Below, piece after piece: positions 37,752 through 50,902 of a stretch of DNA of 64,000 nt (position 1 is its first letter; each line of letters starts with the position of its first letter). Below the pieces are notes generated by a model that did no database searches, was not told where the DNA came from, and worked only from the letters and a program-made list of their open reading frames with translations. The translations under genes and the position numbers were made by a program. Origin of the DNA: Hyphochytrium catenoides. Its lineage: Eukaryota; Protista; Hyphochytriomycota. Where the stretch lies: positions 11,140-75,139 of the forward strand of contig FLMG01000137.1 in assembly GCA_900088475.1 (NCBI GenBank). The letters run 5' to 3'.

Positions 37752-39659
37752 ACATTGCATAGCCAGACGATTCTCAATCTTGTCCCAGATTCTGTTTCTC
37801 TGCTTTACCTTTTCTTCTCACTCTGACTTACGCTGACTTACGTTTGTCTCCTCTCCTATTTGTGGTAGTGTCTTCATCATTATGTCTAGTGGTCATTATG
37901 TCTAGTGGTACCGCGACTACTGCTACCGGGACTTCCACCACCACGACTGCTAGTAGTGTTACTACTTCTAGTGGCAGTCGTGAACGTTTTGACGATGCTG
38001 CGCAGCAGCAGAAGTCCAGAACTGGACTCATGCAGATACCGCTTGAGTTCTTTAGACTATCGCCAGATGTCTTCACTCCTGGTGTGACGGACTTTCACCT
38101 CTGGCGGAAGACCTTTTGGGCGGTTCTGGAGTCTTGTGGACTCACTGAGGTCCTTGAAAGACGTCGTCAACCAACTTCAAGTGAGATCACGATCATCGAC
38201 TGGTATCTTGCCAAGTCGCTGGCACACAAGGGTAGTAGGAGTGAAGACACCTGGCGATAGTCTAAAGAATTCGAGCGGTATCTGCATGAGTTAGTCCAGT
38301 GGCGGAAGACCTTTTGGGCTGTTCTGGAGTCTTATGGACTCACTGAGCTCCTTGAAGGACGTCGTCAACCAACATCAAGTGAGATTACGATGATCGACTG
38401 GTATCTTGCCAAGTCGCTGGCACCAAGTGCTATGGCTGCACTGGGTGACTACGATCGAACGACTCCTGCATCGACTTCGACAAGGTTCGTTGCTCAGAAC
38501 ACCCGGACCGATACCAACGCTACGATGCTCAAGCTTGAGCAACTCACTGGCCTTGTCTATCAGTCAGGGACGCCCTTGGATAATCACATCCGTCGACTTA
38601 GGCCCTACTTATGGAGCTGGCAAGAGGCAACTTCGCTGTCCCGACTTTCTACCATTGCCCACTGTTGCTGATCAGCATCCGTAAACCCACAATGTGTGGT
38701 TCATTTGGGTGCTGTCTCGCTGGGTAATGGGTTGAGCTGGAATGATGCCGTAGACACCATTCGAGGGCGGTGCAGCGAGCTGACGCTGAGGTGCTTTCCC
38801 GGGTTAGACCGGGTCAGTTTTCTTCTACCTTAAACTCGACTGGCGCCACCACCTCGCTTGCCTTTCCTCGTGCCCTGAGGGTTGCTATGACGCACAGAGA
38901 TGTGGGTTTGTGCTTCAATTGCTGGAACGTGGGCCTTCACGTTCGCCGGACAAACAACAGTTGGCAAGGAACATCTATTCGCCAGTGCACCCTCCCGGCA
39001 GACAGTGTGGATTGCCCAACTCTCAGGGTGGTGAGTCTTTACCGCCTGCTGCTTGGGTTGTGAGCGTGCCCAGCCTGAACTCTTTTCCTCCTTCCTGGTC
39101 TTCTCGTAGCTCCTCATGACCAGCAGTAGGACTCTATCTTGACGTTGCGCCGAGGACCACTTCTTACCGGATGATAAGTGCTTTACTCAGATCGAAGCTC
39201 TTCCTCCTAGCTCTCCTACTCATGTTGATGGCTGTGATGGTCGTCCAATCCCCATTAAGGGACGTGACACTGCTCGCTTATTTTCAGTTTTCCAGTCCTG
39301 TGGAACTCCGTGGAGCCTACTATGTCCCTGGACTTCTTCCTGCTAGCCGTCTCGATGATGAGGGCCTTGAGGTCCGTCGTACCGGTGGTGCACAGCCGGT
39401 CATCATGAGATCATGAGTGCCAATGGCTCTGTAGTGCATGCAGTGGGCACAACAGAGCGTGGACTTCATCATCTGCATTTTGCCTTATTATAGTCCTCGC
39501 CAATGTTCTAGAGACGACCTCTTCCGCTCTGAGCTTATTGTAAGGGTAGAAAGTAGAAAGGTTACTATCACATACTCATTTTGATAACTATTTCACTAGT
39601 CCTTTTATTGATCTATTCGTGTCATTCTCTTTCTGTTGGTCCTCCCTCTGCCTTCCAGC

Positions 39660-39960
39660 CATCATCATCAGCCACATCATCCCATCGGCCATCAGCCTCA
39701 TCATCCCATCGGCCATCAGCCTCATCATCCCATCGGCCATCAGCCTCATCATCCCATCGGCCATCAGCCTCATCACCCCATCGGCCATCAGTCTCATCAT
39801 CCCATCGGCCATCAGTCTCATCATCCCATCGGCCATCAGCCTCATCATCCCATCAGCCTCATCATCCCATCGGCCATCAGCCTCATCATCCCATCAGCCT
39901 CATCATCCCATCAGCCTCATCATCCCATCGGCCATCAGCCTCATCATCTCAACGGCCATC
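39660..39960 (+). repeat. Minisatellite of 24-bp (CATCAGCCTCATCATCCCATCGGC) and 18-bp units
   Basis: About 12-13 units visible directly; stop-free in all three plus-strand frames (SASSSHRP / ISLIIPSA / HQPHHPIG). Confidence 0.95.
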
Positions 39961-40432
39961 GTACTCATCTTCAAGAAACAGACCGCAGCAGCGCCATCAT
40001 CATCATCAGTGTCCTCCTATCCCGCTTCTTCCTCAGCTGCTACTGCTGCTGCCTACCGGGCCGCCAGAGCTGTCGATAGTCGTTGGCATCTTCTCATCCC
40101 AGCTTCCTCGCTGTCTCTTTCTCCTTCCTTCATTGCCTCTTGCTCTTTCTCTGCCTCTCGCAGGAGACAGCACCGAACTCTCTCTAGACGCCCCCCTGCA
40201 CTCGACTTGTATCTGCTGTTCTGACTCAGCACCAGGTGCAAAGGGCCAAGATGCTAACGGCCCAGTGGTGACGGGCCCGCACTATCCGCGATTGAAGAGC
40301 CATTAACATCTTGCTGGCGCTGCAAGACGTCGGCCGTAAGGTCTCCTCTCTCTTGAGTTGCCCTTCTGTCTTATCTGTGAGCCTTAGAAGAGGTTTAGAC
40401 CACTACCCGGTACCAACGGTGCAAGGCAAAGT

Positions 40433-43400
40433 ATGGCCGTCTCGCCTCCACCAGCCTTTGACAGCGGCACTAGTGCCCTCTCTCGCACTGTTTCCGAGGG
40501 TGGGCACGGGACAGTAGAGCTGCTTGGAGATGTCTCGGCCCTAGAAAGACAGTTTGACTTGAGCTGTTGCGCCAGGCAGATCGCAGCTTATGGTTTTCAA
40601 AAGGTCCGTCGCTGATAGAGGCTTGAGAGATGCTCTTCAGATGGGTTGGCTAAACTTCTATGATTCTTTAGGTTGCACTGCAATTCCCTGATCCTCTCTT
40701 GCCTGTGGCGAGTGAGGTCGTAGAGCTACTGAAGGTAGGATAGGGAGGAACCATCCCTCTTTTCTCTGAGCTTCAGGGACTAGCTCTCTTCTCTGCATTT
40801 CACTGTCATGTTCTGTTTAACAGGTCTCAACGGTCTAACCTTCAGTCTCCCAGTCTCAGGTGCCTTCCGAGACTTTCTTGTTCATCTTAGGGGACACATC
40901 GTACGGTAGCTGCTGTGTAGATGAAGTTGCTGCAGAGGTGATCTCAATCTTCGGGACTTACTCCTTTGTTCTCCTCTCTTCTTTCCCCCTCGACCCCCCG
41001 TCCTCTCTCTTTCTTCACTCTTTGTCTGTCTGTCTCTCTGTCTCTCTCTCTCTCTCTCTGTGTCTATATGTCATCTGCATTTGCTACGCTGCCCTTGATC
41101 ATTCGTCAGATTGCTATTTACCGCTCTAGCCATCGCCCCGTAGCCCTCCCTCTTGATGTCTTCCCTTTAGCAATTGGCCGTCTAGCAGTCATCTGCACAA
41201 AACGACGAAGCAAGGCCATGACCTCACTGACCTTTTTTCTCAGCATCTAAATGCAGATGTCGTGCTGCACTTCGGGACATCATGTCTCAGGTAAAGGCGA
41301 AGTGTACAACTCTATAACGTGCGATCCTACCTTTCCTAACGCGGGTCATCTCTGCCGGCAGTCTTCCATCTAGGATCCCAACTATTTATTGCTTTGGAAA
41401 AGCACCGCTCGATGAACAGCATTGCAAAGCTTCTCTCGAAGAGGTGGAGGCCACCACAGGGAAGCACATTGTGGTCCTCACAGAGGTCTGTGTAGCTAGC
41501 TGTGATCCCTAGGCTGATGGCACAGTGCCGCACTACTTTATATAGAGAAAATAGCGAGTAGAAACAGGTTGATAGACGGCAAAGAGACACTAAAGGACAG
41601 GCTATGGGAGGAAAATAGAGGTGGGAGAAGGACAATCAACATGCCTACATAGACTGTAATGCCAAAGGCTAAATCTCTTCCGTAGACAGACTACTATCAC
41701 ATGACTGCAGTTTTGAGGTCACTCATGAGCAGCACAAGCTTTACGTTTGGGGACCTGGAGAGTTTCCATAACGCCGCTGTGCGAATAGGGAGCAAACAAG
41801 GCTTAGATGACTCTGGAGAAAGGACAGAAGAAGAGGAGGATCTCGGGGCGGTTGACTCTTACACCGTGGGAGGCTTTAATGTGAAGCTACCGCAAGGCCT
41901 CACCATGGAGGACGTTGTGCTCTTCTATATTGGGATGCAGGTGCAGCAGCCATGAGGGTTCTCTAATGTCGTCGTCTTCGTATCCTCCCTCTTCCCATCT
42001 TTTAAACTCCTGTATCTGCCTTTCCACTCAATTAGCATTTCGGAAGCCGTCAAACTCTATATTCTTTCTTAATCTATGACCCTGTGATGTCTTCGCAGGG
42101 CCAGTATCTGAATAATCTGATGCTCAAGTACAATCGCAATGAAGTCTATTCTTATAACCCCGTAGAGCAGACCTGCCAAAAGGAGAGGCCGGCTGTGAAC
42201 CAATCACTCATGAAGAGGTAGGGGGCAATGATATCAACTCTCAATAGCGCTCATTATGGAAACGAGCCCGCGCAATGGCAGAGTCTCTTCCTCTACCTCC
42301 GGCGACTCTCTTTCCCCATTTTTTTAGCTTCGCTAGGTTCTTACAAGCTAATATGGTCCCGTTATTTCCTCTAGGTTTCACCTCATTCAGAGAGCGAAGG
42401 AAGCAGAGATCATTGGCATTTTGGTGGGAACATTGTCTGTGGCTTCCTATCTCGACGTTCTCAGCTACGTTCAGAAGCTCATCACGCGGTAGAGTGTGCC
42501 TCTTCTCCTCCTCGTTACAGCTTCCATTCTGTTCTGCGCTCTTGCTCTATTTTCCTGGATAGCTTTTGTCCACTTCCTTTAGCTACTCACTCCAGCCTTT
42601 CCCTCCTTTATCGCGAGTTTTCTCCTCTATTCTTCGTCCTCTTTTCTGGCGTTTTCCCTTTAATGCTTCTTTCCTGGTTCCCTTATTTCTGCTTGTGCTT
42701 ATCGCCCAAGGTACAACCGGAAGTATTACACGTTTATTATCGGAAAAGTTAACGTGGCGAAGCTGGCGAACTTCGCTGAGGTTGACATCTTTGTGACTAT
42801 CTCTTGCCCTCTGAACTCTATCATAGACAGCAAGGTACGGCCAAAGATGAAGGCGGATGGAGAATGGCAACACTAGGACGGGGTAGAAAAGAGATGCAAC
42901 CTAAGGTGATAGAAGAGAAAGATCTTGCTTGAGAATTCAGAGAGAGAGAGAGAGAGAGAGAAAGGCCACCTGCAGGAAGAACTAAGACCTGTTTAGGAGC
43001 TATACAAGCCAATTATCACGCCCTTCGAGCTGGAGCTGGCTCTGGAGGCGCGCGAGTGGACTGGAGACTATAGCACAGACTTCCAGGATCTTTACCGAGG
43101 TTCCCAGCGCGCAGAAGAGGGACAAGCAAACGAAGACGGAGAAGGAGGAGGAGACATAGAAGACGACGATGCGCCAATTTTCTCTCTTATCAGCGGGAAG
43201 TACGTGCCACGCCCTAAGAGAGCTCAAGGGGATTTGGTTAGTTCAGAAGGATTAGATGCAACTGGCACGGCTCTCGTCGCTCGAAACACTCAAACAGACA
43301 TCATCGCCTTCTCTAGTGCCGCAGGTGAGGAGAGCTTGACTTTCTTTCTCTTTACCCAGATTGTCTGTAGGCCTAAGAACCTCCGCTCGATCGACTCATG

Positions 43401-43712
43401 AGAACCCACATTTACTTCTTCCGTTCTGTTTGCTTGCTCTTTCTCCCATTCTGTACGTGACCTACCATTCTAAGGTCCTTTTACTCTTTCTACCCTTGCC
43501 TCTATCGCTCACACTGCCTTAAGTCCACAATCTCTCTGCTGTTCCTGGTGACTTTGTTCCTAACATTGGTCATCACCGCCTCTTTTTCATCAGGCGACTT
43601 CCTGCAGCAGCGAGAGTATCAAGGGCTGGATGTGAATCTTGAGCGAGAAGTGCACGCTGCTATGGAAGGCCAGCATGGGATCGCTAAAGAATATGACCGT
43701 TTTGATTCGTGA
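40433..43712 (+). CDS. DPH2: Diphthamide biosynthesis protein 2, about 11 exons
   Basis: VALQFPD; [19 protein letters not shown]|[11 protein letters not shown]; GILVGTL; [23 protein letters not shown]; [13 protein letters not shown]; C-terminal REYQGL...GQHGIAKEY typical of DPH2 rather than DPH1. Confidence 0.92.
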
Positions 43713-43873
43713 TATCTATATACCTTCTGAATATTATTTAGAACATGTCGTTGTCCGTTTCAGATTTTTTTGTTGTGTTTTGTTCTTCCCTTCAACTCGC
43801 TCTCTTCCTTCCTTTCAATCCATCTTCTCTCCCTCCTCTCTCTCTCTCTCTCTCTCTCTCTTCCTCTTTCTCT

Positions 43874-43916
<43 letters not shown>

Positions 43917-44798
43917 TCTCTTTTTCTCCTCGCCCTCTCTCTCTTTGCGTTGTCTCTTCTCTCTCTCTCTACCTCTCTCTGTTTTGTCTGACATCGCTCC
44001 TCCTCTTCTCCTCGTTTCACTGGGTCCTATGGCTCCTTCTACGTTGTTATGCGCTGTGTCCATTTTTGCTCCATCCCTTTCCGTCTGTCTCTCTTTCTCT
44101 TCCTTGTCTCGCTGGGTGGATCTCTCTCTCTTTTCTGTCTCTCATTGGTCTTGCTCGTCCTCATATCTCTAGGCTTCTCGTCCTGGTTCCTTTCTCCTTA
44201 TCCTAGTCTCTATTCTCAGCTTTGACCCGTTCTCCTTCCTTTCCTCCCATCACTCCGTCAATAAACAATAAGTCACAGGCTATGCTTCAGCCAGAACTTA
44301 CTCCCACCTTCTCTCTTCCCCTCCCTCTCTCTCCTCTCCTCTCCGTTTCCTCTTCTCATCTTCCTTTGTAAGGATATCTCTTCTCTCTCTCTCTCTCTCT
44401 CTTTCCCTTATATTTCTGTCTCTCTCTCCCCCACGCGCGCTCCTCCGGTCCTCCTCTGTCTTACTGGACCGGACGACTTCATGGCAGAGCGCTTCTTCTT
44501 CCCTTTTCTTTTTATAAACCTTCATGTGCCTCAAGTGCAGCATTGGCACTGACCTACGGAGCGACTAGAACAGAGACAACAGAACGCTTCTTCTGAGAGA
44601 CCAGACCCTTCGTTCTTCTTCCTCTTTCCCTTCTCTTTCCTCCACCCTTACTCTCTCTCTCTCTCTTCCTTCATCATAGTTAAAATGGGACGGAAAAGAT
44701 CTCGATAGATCTCTTCACTCTCACTCAAACCAGAGCTTTGGCGTAGCAGGAACTCAAAAGAGAAAAGAGAGAGAGAGGAGAAGTGGAAGCGTGTAGTC

Positions 44799-47738
44799 AT
44801 GAACAGGAAGTGCCCATTCTACGTCTATGGGAGTGCCTTCAACGTGGACTCGCGGTACAGCCTCATCAATCCCCTTGGCCGCGGCTCCTATGGGATCGTC
44901 TGGTAAGAAGAGATCTGAAAGAGTCCCTACCGTGTGTGTGCGGGCGAGAGGGAGAGAGAGAAAGAGGGGAGAGAGAGAGGGAGAGAGAGAGAGAGAGAGA
45001 AAAAAAGAAGAGAGAGAGACACACAAGAAGAGAACTTTTACGAGAAGTTCGACTTGGAGTTGAGAAGCAGTCTTAACTGTTTCTGTTCTACTTTTTCTCT
45101 GTATGTCTCTCTGTGTCTCTCTCTCTCCCTTCTCCTCATTCTTTCCTGCCCCTATTCCTTCCTTCCCTTTCTCTGTAAATTCCCATACTCTCTCTCTCTC
45201 TCTCTCGCCCTCAATCTCTCGCCATAATAGCTCTGCCGATGACAAGAACAGCGGTCGGCGGGTTGCCATCAAGAAGATCACACCAATGGCCAAAGACATC
45301 ACAGACGCTAAGCACACGCTGCGAGAGATCCGAATTATTCGTTATCTCTCATGCCATCCCAATGTAAGGGAAGAGAGAGGCGAGACGGAGAAAGGGGAAG
45401 AGAGAGAGAGAGAAAAAGAGAATAGCACAGAGAGAGAGCGAGAGGAAATGCCTTAAAAGATGATGGAAAGACTTCGTCACAAGCAGAAAAGAGCGAATGA
45501 GAGAGAGAGAGCCGAAGAATATTCAGGAACGGAGACATTATATTCAATTTCCTAACCCTTGTTTTCTCTCTCTGGCTCTGCCTCTCGTTCTCTATGTCTG
45601 CTTCAATCTTCTCTGCGCGTTCTCCCTCTCTTTCTCATTTTACTCTCTATCACTCCTCTGTCTCTCTCCTTTCTCTCTCTTTCTCTCTCTCAATGTGCAG
45701 ATTATCAAGCTTGAGGATCTGCATGTGAACACGAAGGATGACGAGCTCTACATCATGATGGAGCTCATGGACACCGATCTCCACAGGATCATACAGAGCT
45801 CTCAGGTAACCCACTATATGTACATGTCCTGACTCACAGAGCGTGCCTCTTCCTCTCTCTTCCTCTTTTTCTCTCTTCTCTCCCGATGTCTCCTCCAGTT
45901 TCTCTCTTGGGTTAGCTTTTTTCCATTCTCTTCCTTGTTCTTTCTATTTCGCTCTGTATATCACTATCTCGGGGTGTCGTCTCGCCAACTTCCCCCCCAA
46001 TCTCTCTCGCTCTGTCTCTCCCTCTGTGTATTTGTTCACTCTTCTCTCTCTCTCCTCTCTCTCTCCCTCTCTATCTATCTATCTCTATATATCTCTATCT
46101 ATCTCTCTATCTCTCTCTCGCTCTCTCGCTCTCTCTCGCTCTCGCTCTCTCTCTCTTTCTTTTTTTCTTTCTCTCTCTCTCTCTTTTTCTCTCTCTTTCT
46201 CTCCAATTTACCCCTACCTTCCCCGATCGCAGCCCCTGTCGGACGCACACTTCAAATATTTCCTGCACCAGCTGCTGCACGGCGTTAAGTTCCTGCATGC
46301 GAACGGAATCCTTCACCGCGATCTTAAGCCTGGGAACATCTTAGTCACAAAGAACTGTGACCTCAGGGTAAACAATAAGCGCGTTATGTCTCCTCTTCCT
46401 GTTCCTCTCTCTTAATTCTATCAGTCTCTTTCAATCTTTCTCCCTCTCGCCCTCCCTCTCCGTCCCTTCGTGTCTCTCTCTCTCTCTCTCTCCTTTCTCT
46501 CTCTCTCTCGCTCTCTCTAACATCCTCTCCTCTTGCTCTTCTTACTTCCTTTCCAGATCACAGACTTTGGCCTAGCGCGGAAGTCAACGACGAGCATTTC
46601 CTTTGCCGAGGCGTCGCAGCGCCGCGGGCGCCCGCCGCCGATGACGGAGCACGTAGTGACGCGCTGGTATCGGCCTCCAGAGCTGATGTTGCAGCCGGAC
46701 GGACTCTACTCTGGAGCCGTCGATATGTGGTCGGTCGGGTGCATCTTCGCGGAGGTGAGAGAAGGAAAGAGGAAGATGGGAAGAGAGAAAGGAAGTGGCA
46801 GAGTAGTCGGAGCAAATAGAGAAAAAAGACAAAGAGCGAGAGGAAGTAGGCAATAAAAGGAGAGAGAGTAGAGAGAGCAGAGAGCAGGGAGAGCAGGGGC
46901 CGCAGAGAGTAGAGGGCAGAGAGAGAGAGAGTTATGCAGGTCCGTAAGGTTCTCAGTATCGGGCACTTGCTGGTCTCATTGTCTCCCTCTTGCTCGGCCT
47001 CCTTGCGTCCGTCTTGGTCGTTCCTTTCCCTTTGTCTCCTTCCTTTGTCTCTCCCCCATCTCTCTCTCTCTCTTCTTTATCAATAGATGCTGGGCCGTCA
47101 GCCGCTGTTTCCTGGGAAGAACTTCATTCACCAGCTGACTCTCATCTTCGACGTGCTGGGATCTCCCTCTCCCTCTGAGATCTCTTATATCAAGAGTCCA
47201 CAGGCCAAGAAGTTCCTCGCGTCCATCGCATCCAAGAAGAAAGTCTCTTTCTCCAAGCTCTTTGCAGCTGCTAGGTCAAACGTCATACAATGACTAATNN
47301 NNNNNNNNNNNNNNNNNNNNNNNNNNNNNNNNNNNNNNNNNTCGCTTCCCCTCCCGCCTCTCCCGTTTGTCTCTCTCTCTTTCTTTTTGTGTTTCTTTCT
47401 CTCATTGTTCGGTTTGTCCTTTCTTTCTCGTTTGTTCTGGTCTTGCCGTAGCTCATCCGCTTATCTTTTTCCCTACTCACCTGCAACATTTCTCCTGGTT
47501 CTCTCTCTCAACGTTGTGTTCCCTCTCTCTTCTCCTCTATCACAGTCCTGAGGCGCTGGACCTCCTCGAGCGCATGCTCGTGTTCGACCCTTCACATCGT
47601 TGCACCGTCCAGGAGGCACTGGCCCATCCTTACCTCGCCTCACTGGAGCAGAAGTACACTAAAACTGATCCTGAGGTGCTCTCTCTCTTTCTCTCTCCGC
47701 GTCTCTCTCTCTCGCTCTCTCTCTCGCTCTCTCTCTCG

Positions 47739-47795
<57 letters not shown>

Positions 47796-50351
47796 CCTCT
47801 CTCTCTCTCTCTGTCTTTCTCTTGGCGTCGGGTTCGTCGTTCCGTAAAGTCTCTCCGTCATTGTGAACTTGACTTCTGTCTAGGCTTTCCATGCGGTCTG
47901 TGACTCACTTTCTCATTTTTTCTGTGGCTTTCATCTCTTTTTCTGTGCCTCCTCGTGCTCTCTTCTGTATCTCTCTCCTTGTGTTATTGCTTGCTACATG
48001 TGCTCTCTCTCTCTCTTCCTCTCCCTCTATTTCTCCTTTTCCCTCTCTTTCTCTGTCTCTCGGTTTGCTTTTTTTCCCTCGCTGCCTTCCTGTTCCTCCC
48101 CCACACCCTTCTCTCCCCTCTCTCTGTCTCTGTCTCTCCTACACATCTCTCTCCCTCCGTGGTCCTCAATCTCACTTACTCTCTCTGTGTCTCTCTATCA
48201 CCTCTCTCTCTCTCCGTTAAGGTATCCTCGGAGTTTGAGTTTGACTTTGAGTCGTCCAACCTGAGCCGGTCGCAGATCAAACAGCTCATCGCTAAGGAAG
48301 TGAAGTCCTTCAAGGGAGACAAAGACAAAAAGAAGAGACAACTCTCTCTCATTCCTTCTCCTCCGCCGTACTCTTCATCTCCTTCTTCCTCTTCCTCAAC
48401 ACCACTTCAGCCTTCCTCCGTCTCTCGCATCCCTAAAATGATGGCGAAAGGCTCTAAAGCTCTCGATTTGGGCTTGACAGAGGGAGAGAAGAAGGAGGAG
48501 AAGGGAGTGAAAGAGGGAGAGAAGAAGGAGGGAGAGAAGACAAAGAATAAAGAAGAGAAAGAGCCAGGAGAGAAGCTGTCAGAGAAGAAAGGAGCAGAGA
48601 AGAGAGAGGAGAGAGGTACAGCACAGCCCTCAGCTCTTCGCACCGAAGGATCCACTCGTCTTAGATCGCAGATGAAGCCTCACATTCCAAGGCAAAGGGA
48701 GACTCTGACAAAGAGGAAAGACGGCCAAGAAAGAGAAGCTACGGTTGAGGTGGGAGAAGACAGAAGAGGAAGAAGCGTATCTGAAGCTACCTCGTTCTCT
48801 CTCTCTCCTTGCTCCGGGTCATCTCTTTCTCCGTACTGCTCTGGGTCGACGCTCCATTTCCTCTCTGTCTCTTTCTCCCTCTGGCTTTGTCTCTCCCTCT
48901 TCTGTCTTTCTTTTTCTCTCTTTCGGCCGGGCCTACTATCTTGATTTCTGCCACTTCTCTCTTCGCTCTCCTCTTTCCCTCTCTATATTCTAACAGCAAG
49001 CTGTCCTCAGGTTACTTCTGTGGACCACACCGCTGCTACGAAGAAGGAGGAAGAGGAAGGGAGAGAGCCGAAAGTTACCAGTCACAGGCTTTCTCCTGCC
49101 TTCTCTTCCTCTAACCTCCATGCAGACAAGCCTACTGAAGAAGAGGGCAATAAGGAGAAGAGAGAGAAGGACAGTTTCCCCGAAGAGAGAGAGAGCAATG
49201 AAAAGCAACCGAAAGGAGAGAAAGAGGAAGAGAAAGAGGACATTGACAGGAAAGAAGACCCTCAGCAAGAGGCTGAAGGCAAGAAGGAAGAGAACCACGA
49301 GGACCACGCAGACAACAATAAGAAAAACGCTCCCAATGAAGGCAAAAAGGTGTGGGCCCGCTTTCTCTTCCTCTCTCTCTCTCTCTCTCTCTCCCTCTCT
49401 GTCTCTGTCCCTCTGCCTGTCTCTCTCTCTCTGTCTCTCGCCCTGTCCCTCTCTCTCGGGGTTTCTCCACTCCTATGCCTTGTCCGTAGTCGCTTCCTCT
49501 TTTCTTCACACACCCTCTCTCTCGTAACTTTCGTTAGGTACAGGAGAAAGCGGAAGGTCTTCTTTCTCCTCAGAAAAGCAACGTGGGCAGCTCCCCGCCG
49601 ACAGGACAAAAGGCTGGTTCAAGAGTCTCTCCTTCGAGGCCTAGAGAAGAAGAGACCAGAGGAAGAGAAAGAGGGAGAGAGAACGAGAAAGAGAGCAATA
49701 ACCAGACCTCGGAAGATCAGCCTGAAGCCGCGTTGCCGCAGAAATCTTCACTGGAGCCTCAGCAGGGCCATGGCGCCAGCGCAGGCAAGACAGACTCAGT
49801 GCTGAACCTCCCAGCTAAGGTACGACAGAGAGAGAGAGAGAGAGAGAGGGAAAGGTGTGCTGCAGTGATGCTGCTCAGTAAACGTACTAGATACAGATAA
49901 AGCAGCTTTTGTTAAAAAGGGAGGGAGGAAGAGAAAGGATAAGAAGAGAGAAAGAGAAGAGAGAGAGAGAAGATGCGAAGAGAGGAAAGGACGAACGAGA
50001 ATGAAAAAGAGACAGAGAGGGAGGTTTCTCATGGAGTTTATGGAAAAGGGAGAATAGGAGAGATGTGCCATACGGTGCGAGAAGGAGCATTCGAGGGTTG
50101 ACTTAACCCCATTTCTTTCCCGCCTTGCTTCGTCTCTCTCACTCTTTGTTTCCCTGTGTCTCCCTCTTCCTCTCTTTCGACGGCCTAACACTATCGCATC
50201 AAAGAAGCAAGGGACAGTGACTGCACAGAGGAAGAATGTGAGGGCGAAGGTGACGGTGCCTGTCAGCCCTAAGTTTAGCAAGCGTTGGGAGCAGAAGAGA
50301 GAGAAGCAGGCGGCGCAGATTGCAGCTCTGGCTTCACACTATAGACGGTAG
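44799..50351 (+). CDS. Atypical MAP kinase (TEH activation loop) with long charged C-terminal extension
   Basis: [99 protein letters not shown]. Terminal exon about 50205-50351. Confidence 0.93.
47299..47341. other. Assembly gap (N run) inside MAPK intron 6
   Basis: Run of N bases. Confidence 1.
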
Positions 50352-50902
50352 CCCTAGCCACCAGTTGCGCTTGGCCGTGCGCTAGGCCGTGTTTCTCTTT
50401 TATTTCTCTCAACTGTGTACACGTCAAGCTCTCTCTCTCTCCTTATCCAGCAACCACCCTTGCATGCGAGCAACCCCCTTGTATGGGGAGGTGTCGAAAG
50501 AGAGAGGAGCGAGAGAGAGAGAAAGAGAGAGAAAGAGAGAGAAAGAAAGAGAAAGAAGGAGGCCGGGGCGTCTCGTCAGAAGAGTAGCTGCTCAAATCAT
50601 TAAGTTATTTACTCGCCACAAGGGCAAGGTCTTTCTCTCTCCCAGCACGGTCTCTACGACCATCGGAGATCCTCTCTCTTTGTCTCTCTCTCTCTCTCTT
50701 CCACTCCTTTGGACGGGTTCCATGGATCGTCCCGCATACTCTCTCAACATATCCAGACTCTCTCACTGATTCGCTTGCGATATTTCCTAACATAAGAGTC
50801 GATCCTTGATAGAAAGGTTATCTGTTTCCCCTTCTTCCGTTGAGCCTCTCTCTCTTTTGCCGTCCCTGCTCTCTCTCTGTCTCAAGTGCGAAGACTGCCC
50901 GT

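Larger units (their letters stand above)
37551..40225 (+). mobile_element. Degenerate, internally deleted Ty1/copia LTR retrotransposon
   Basis: PBS-like GGTTATGGGC at 37742-37751; gag DFHLWRKTFWAVLESCGL and UBN2-like LEQLTGLVYQSGTPLDNHI; knuckle CFNCWNVGLH; frameshifted protease YLD(S)CAEDHF...LRGAYYVPGL..SRLDDEG; GAG-pre-integrase-like ERGLHHL. No RT or matching 3' LTR seen. Confidence 0.85.

Noticed and set aside
39581-40306. Signal-peptide-like Ser/His/Pro-rich ORF, or a CRISPR-like array
   Set aside because: The ORFs arise from a stop-free minisatellite in a copia relic; there are no unique spacers and the context is eukaryotic.
43639-44549. SLSL/RERE-rich ORFs here and at about 31-31.5, 47.4-48.2, 50.4-50.8 and 62.8-63.6 kb
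   Set aside because: Translations of (CT)n/(GA)n microsatellites in introns and intergenic DNA.
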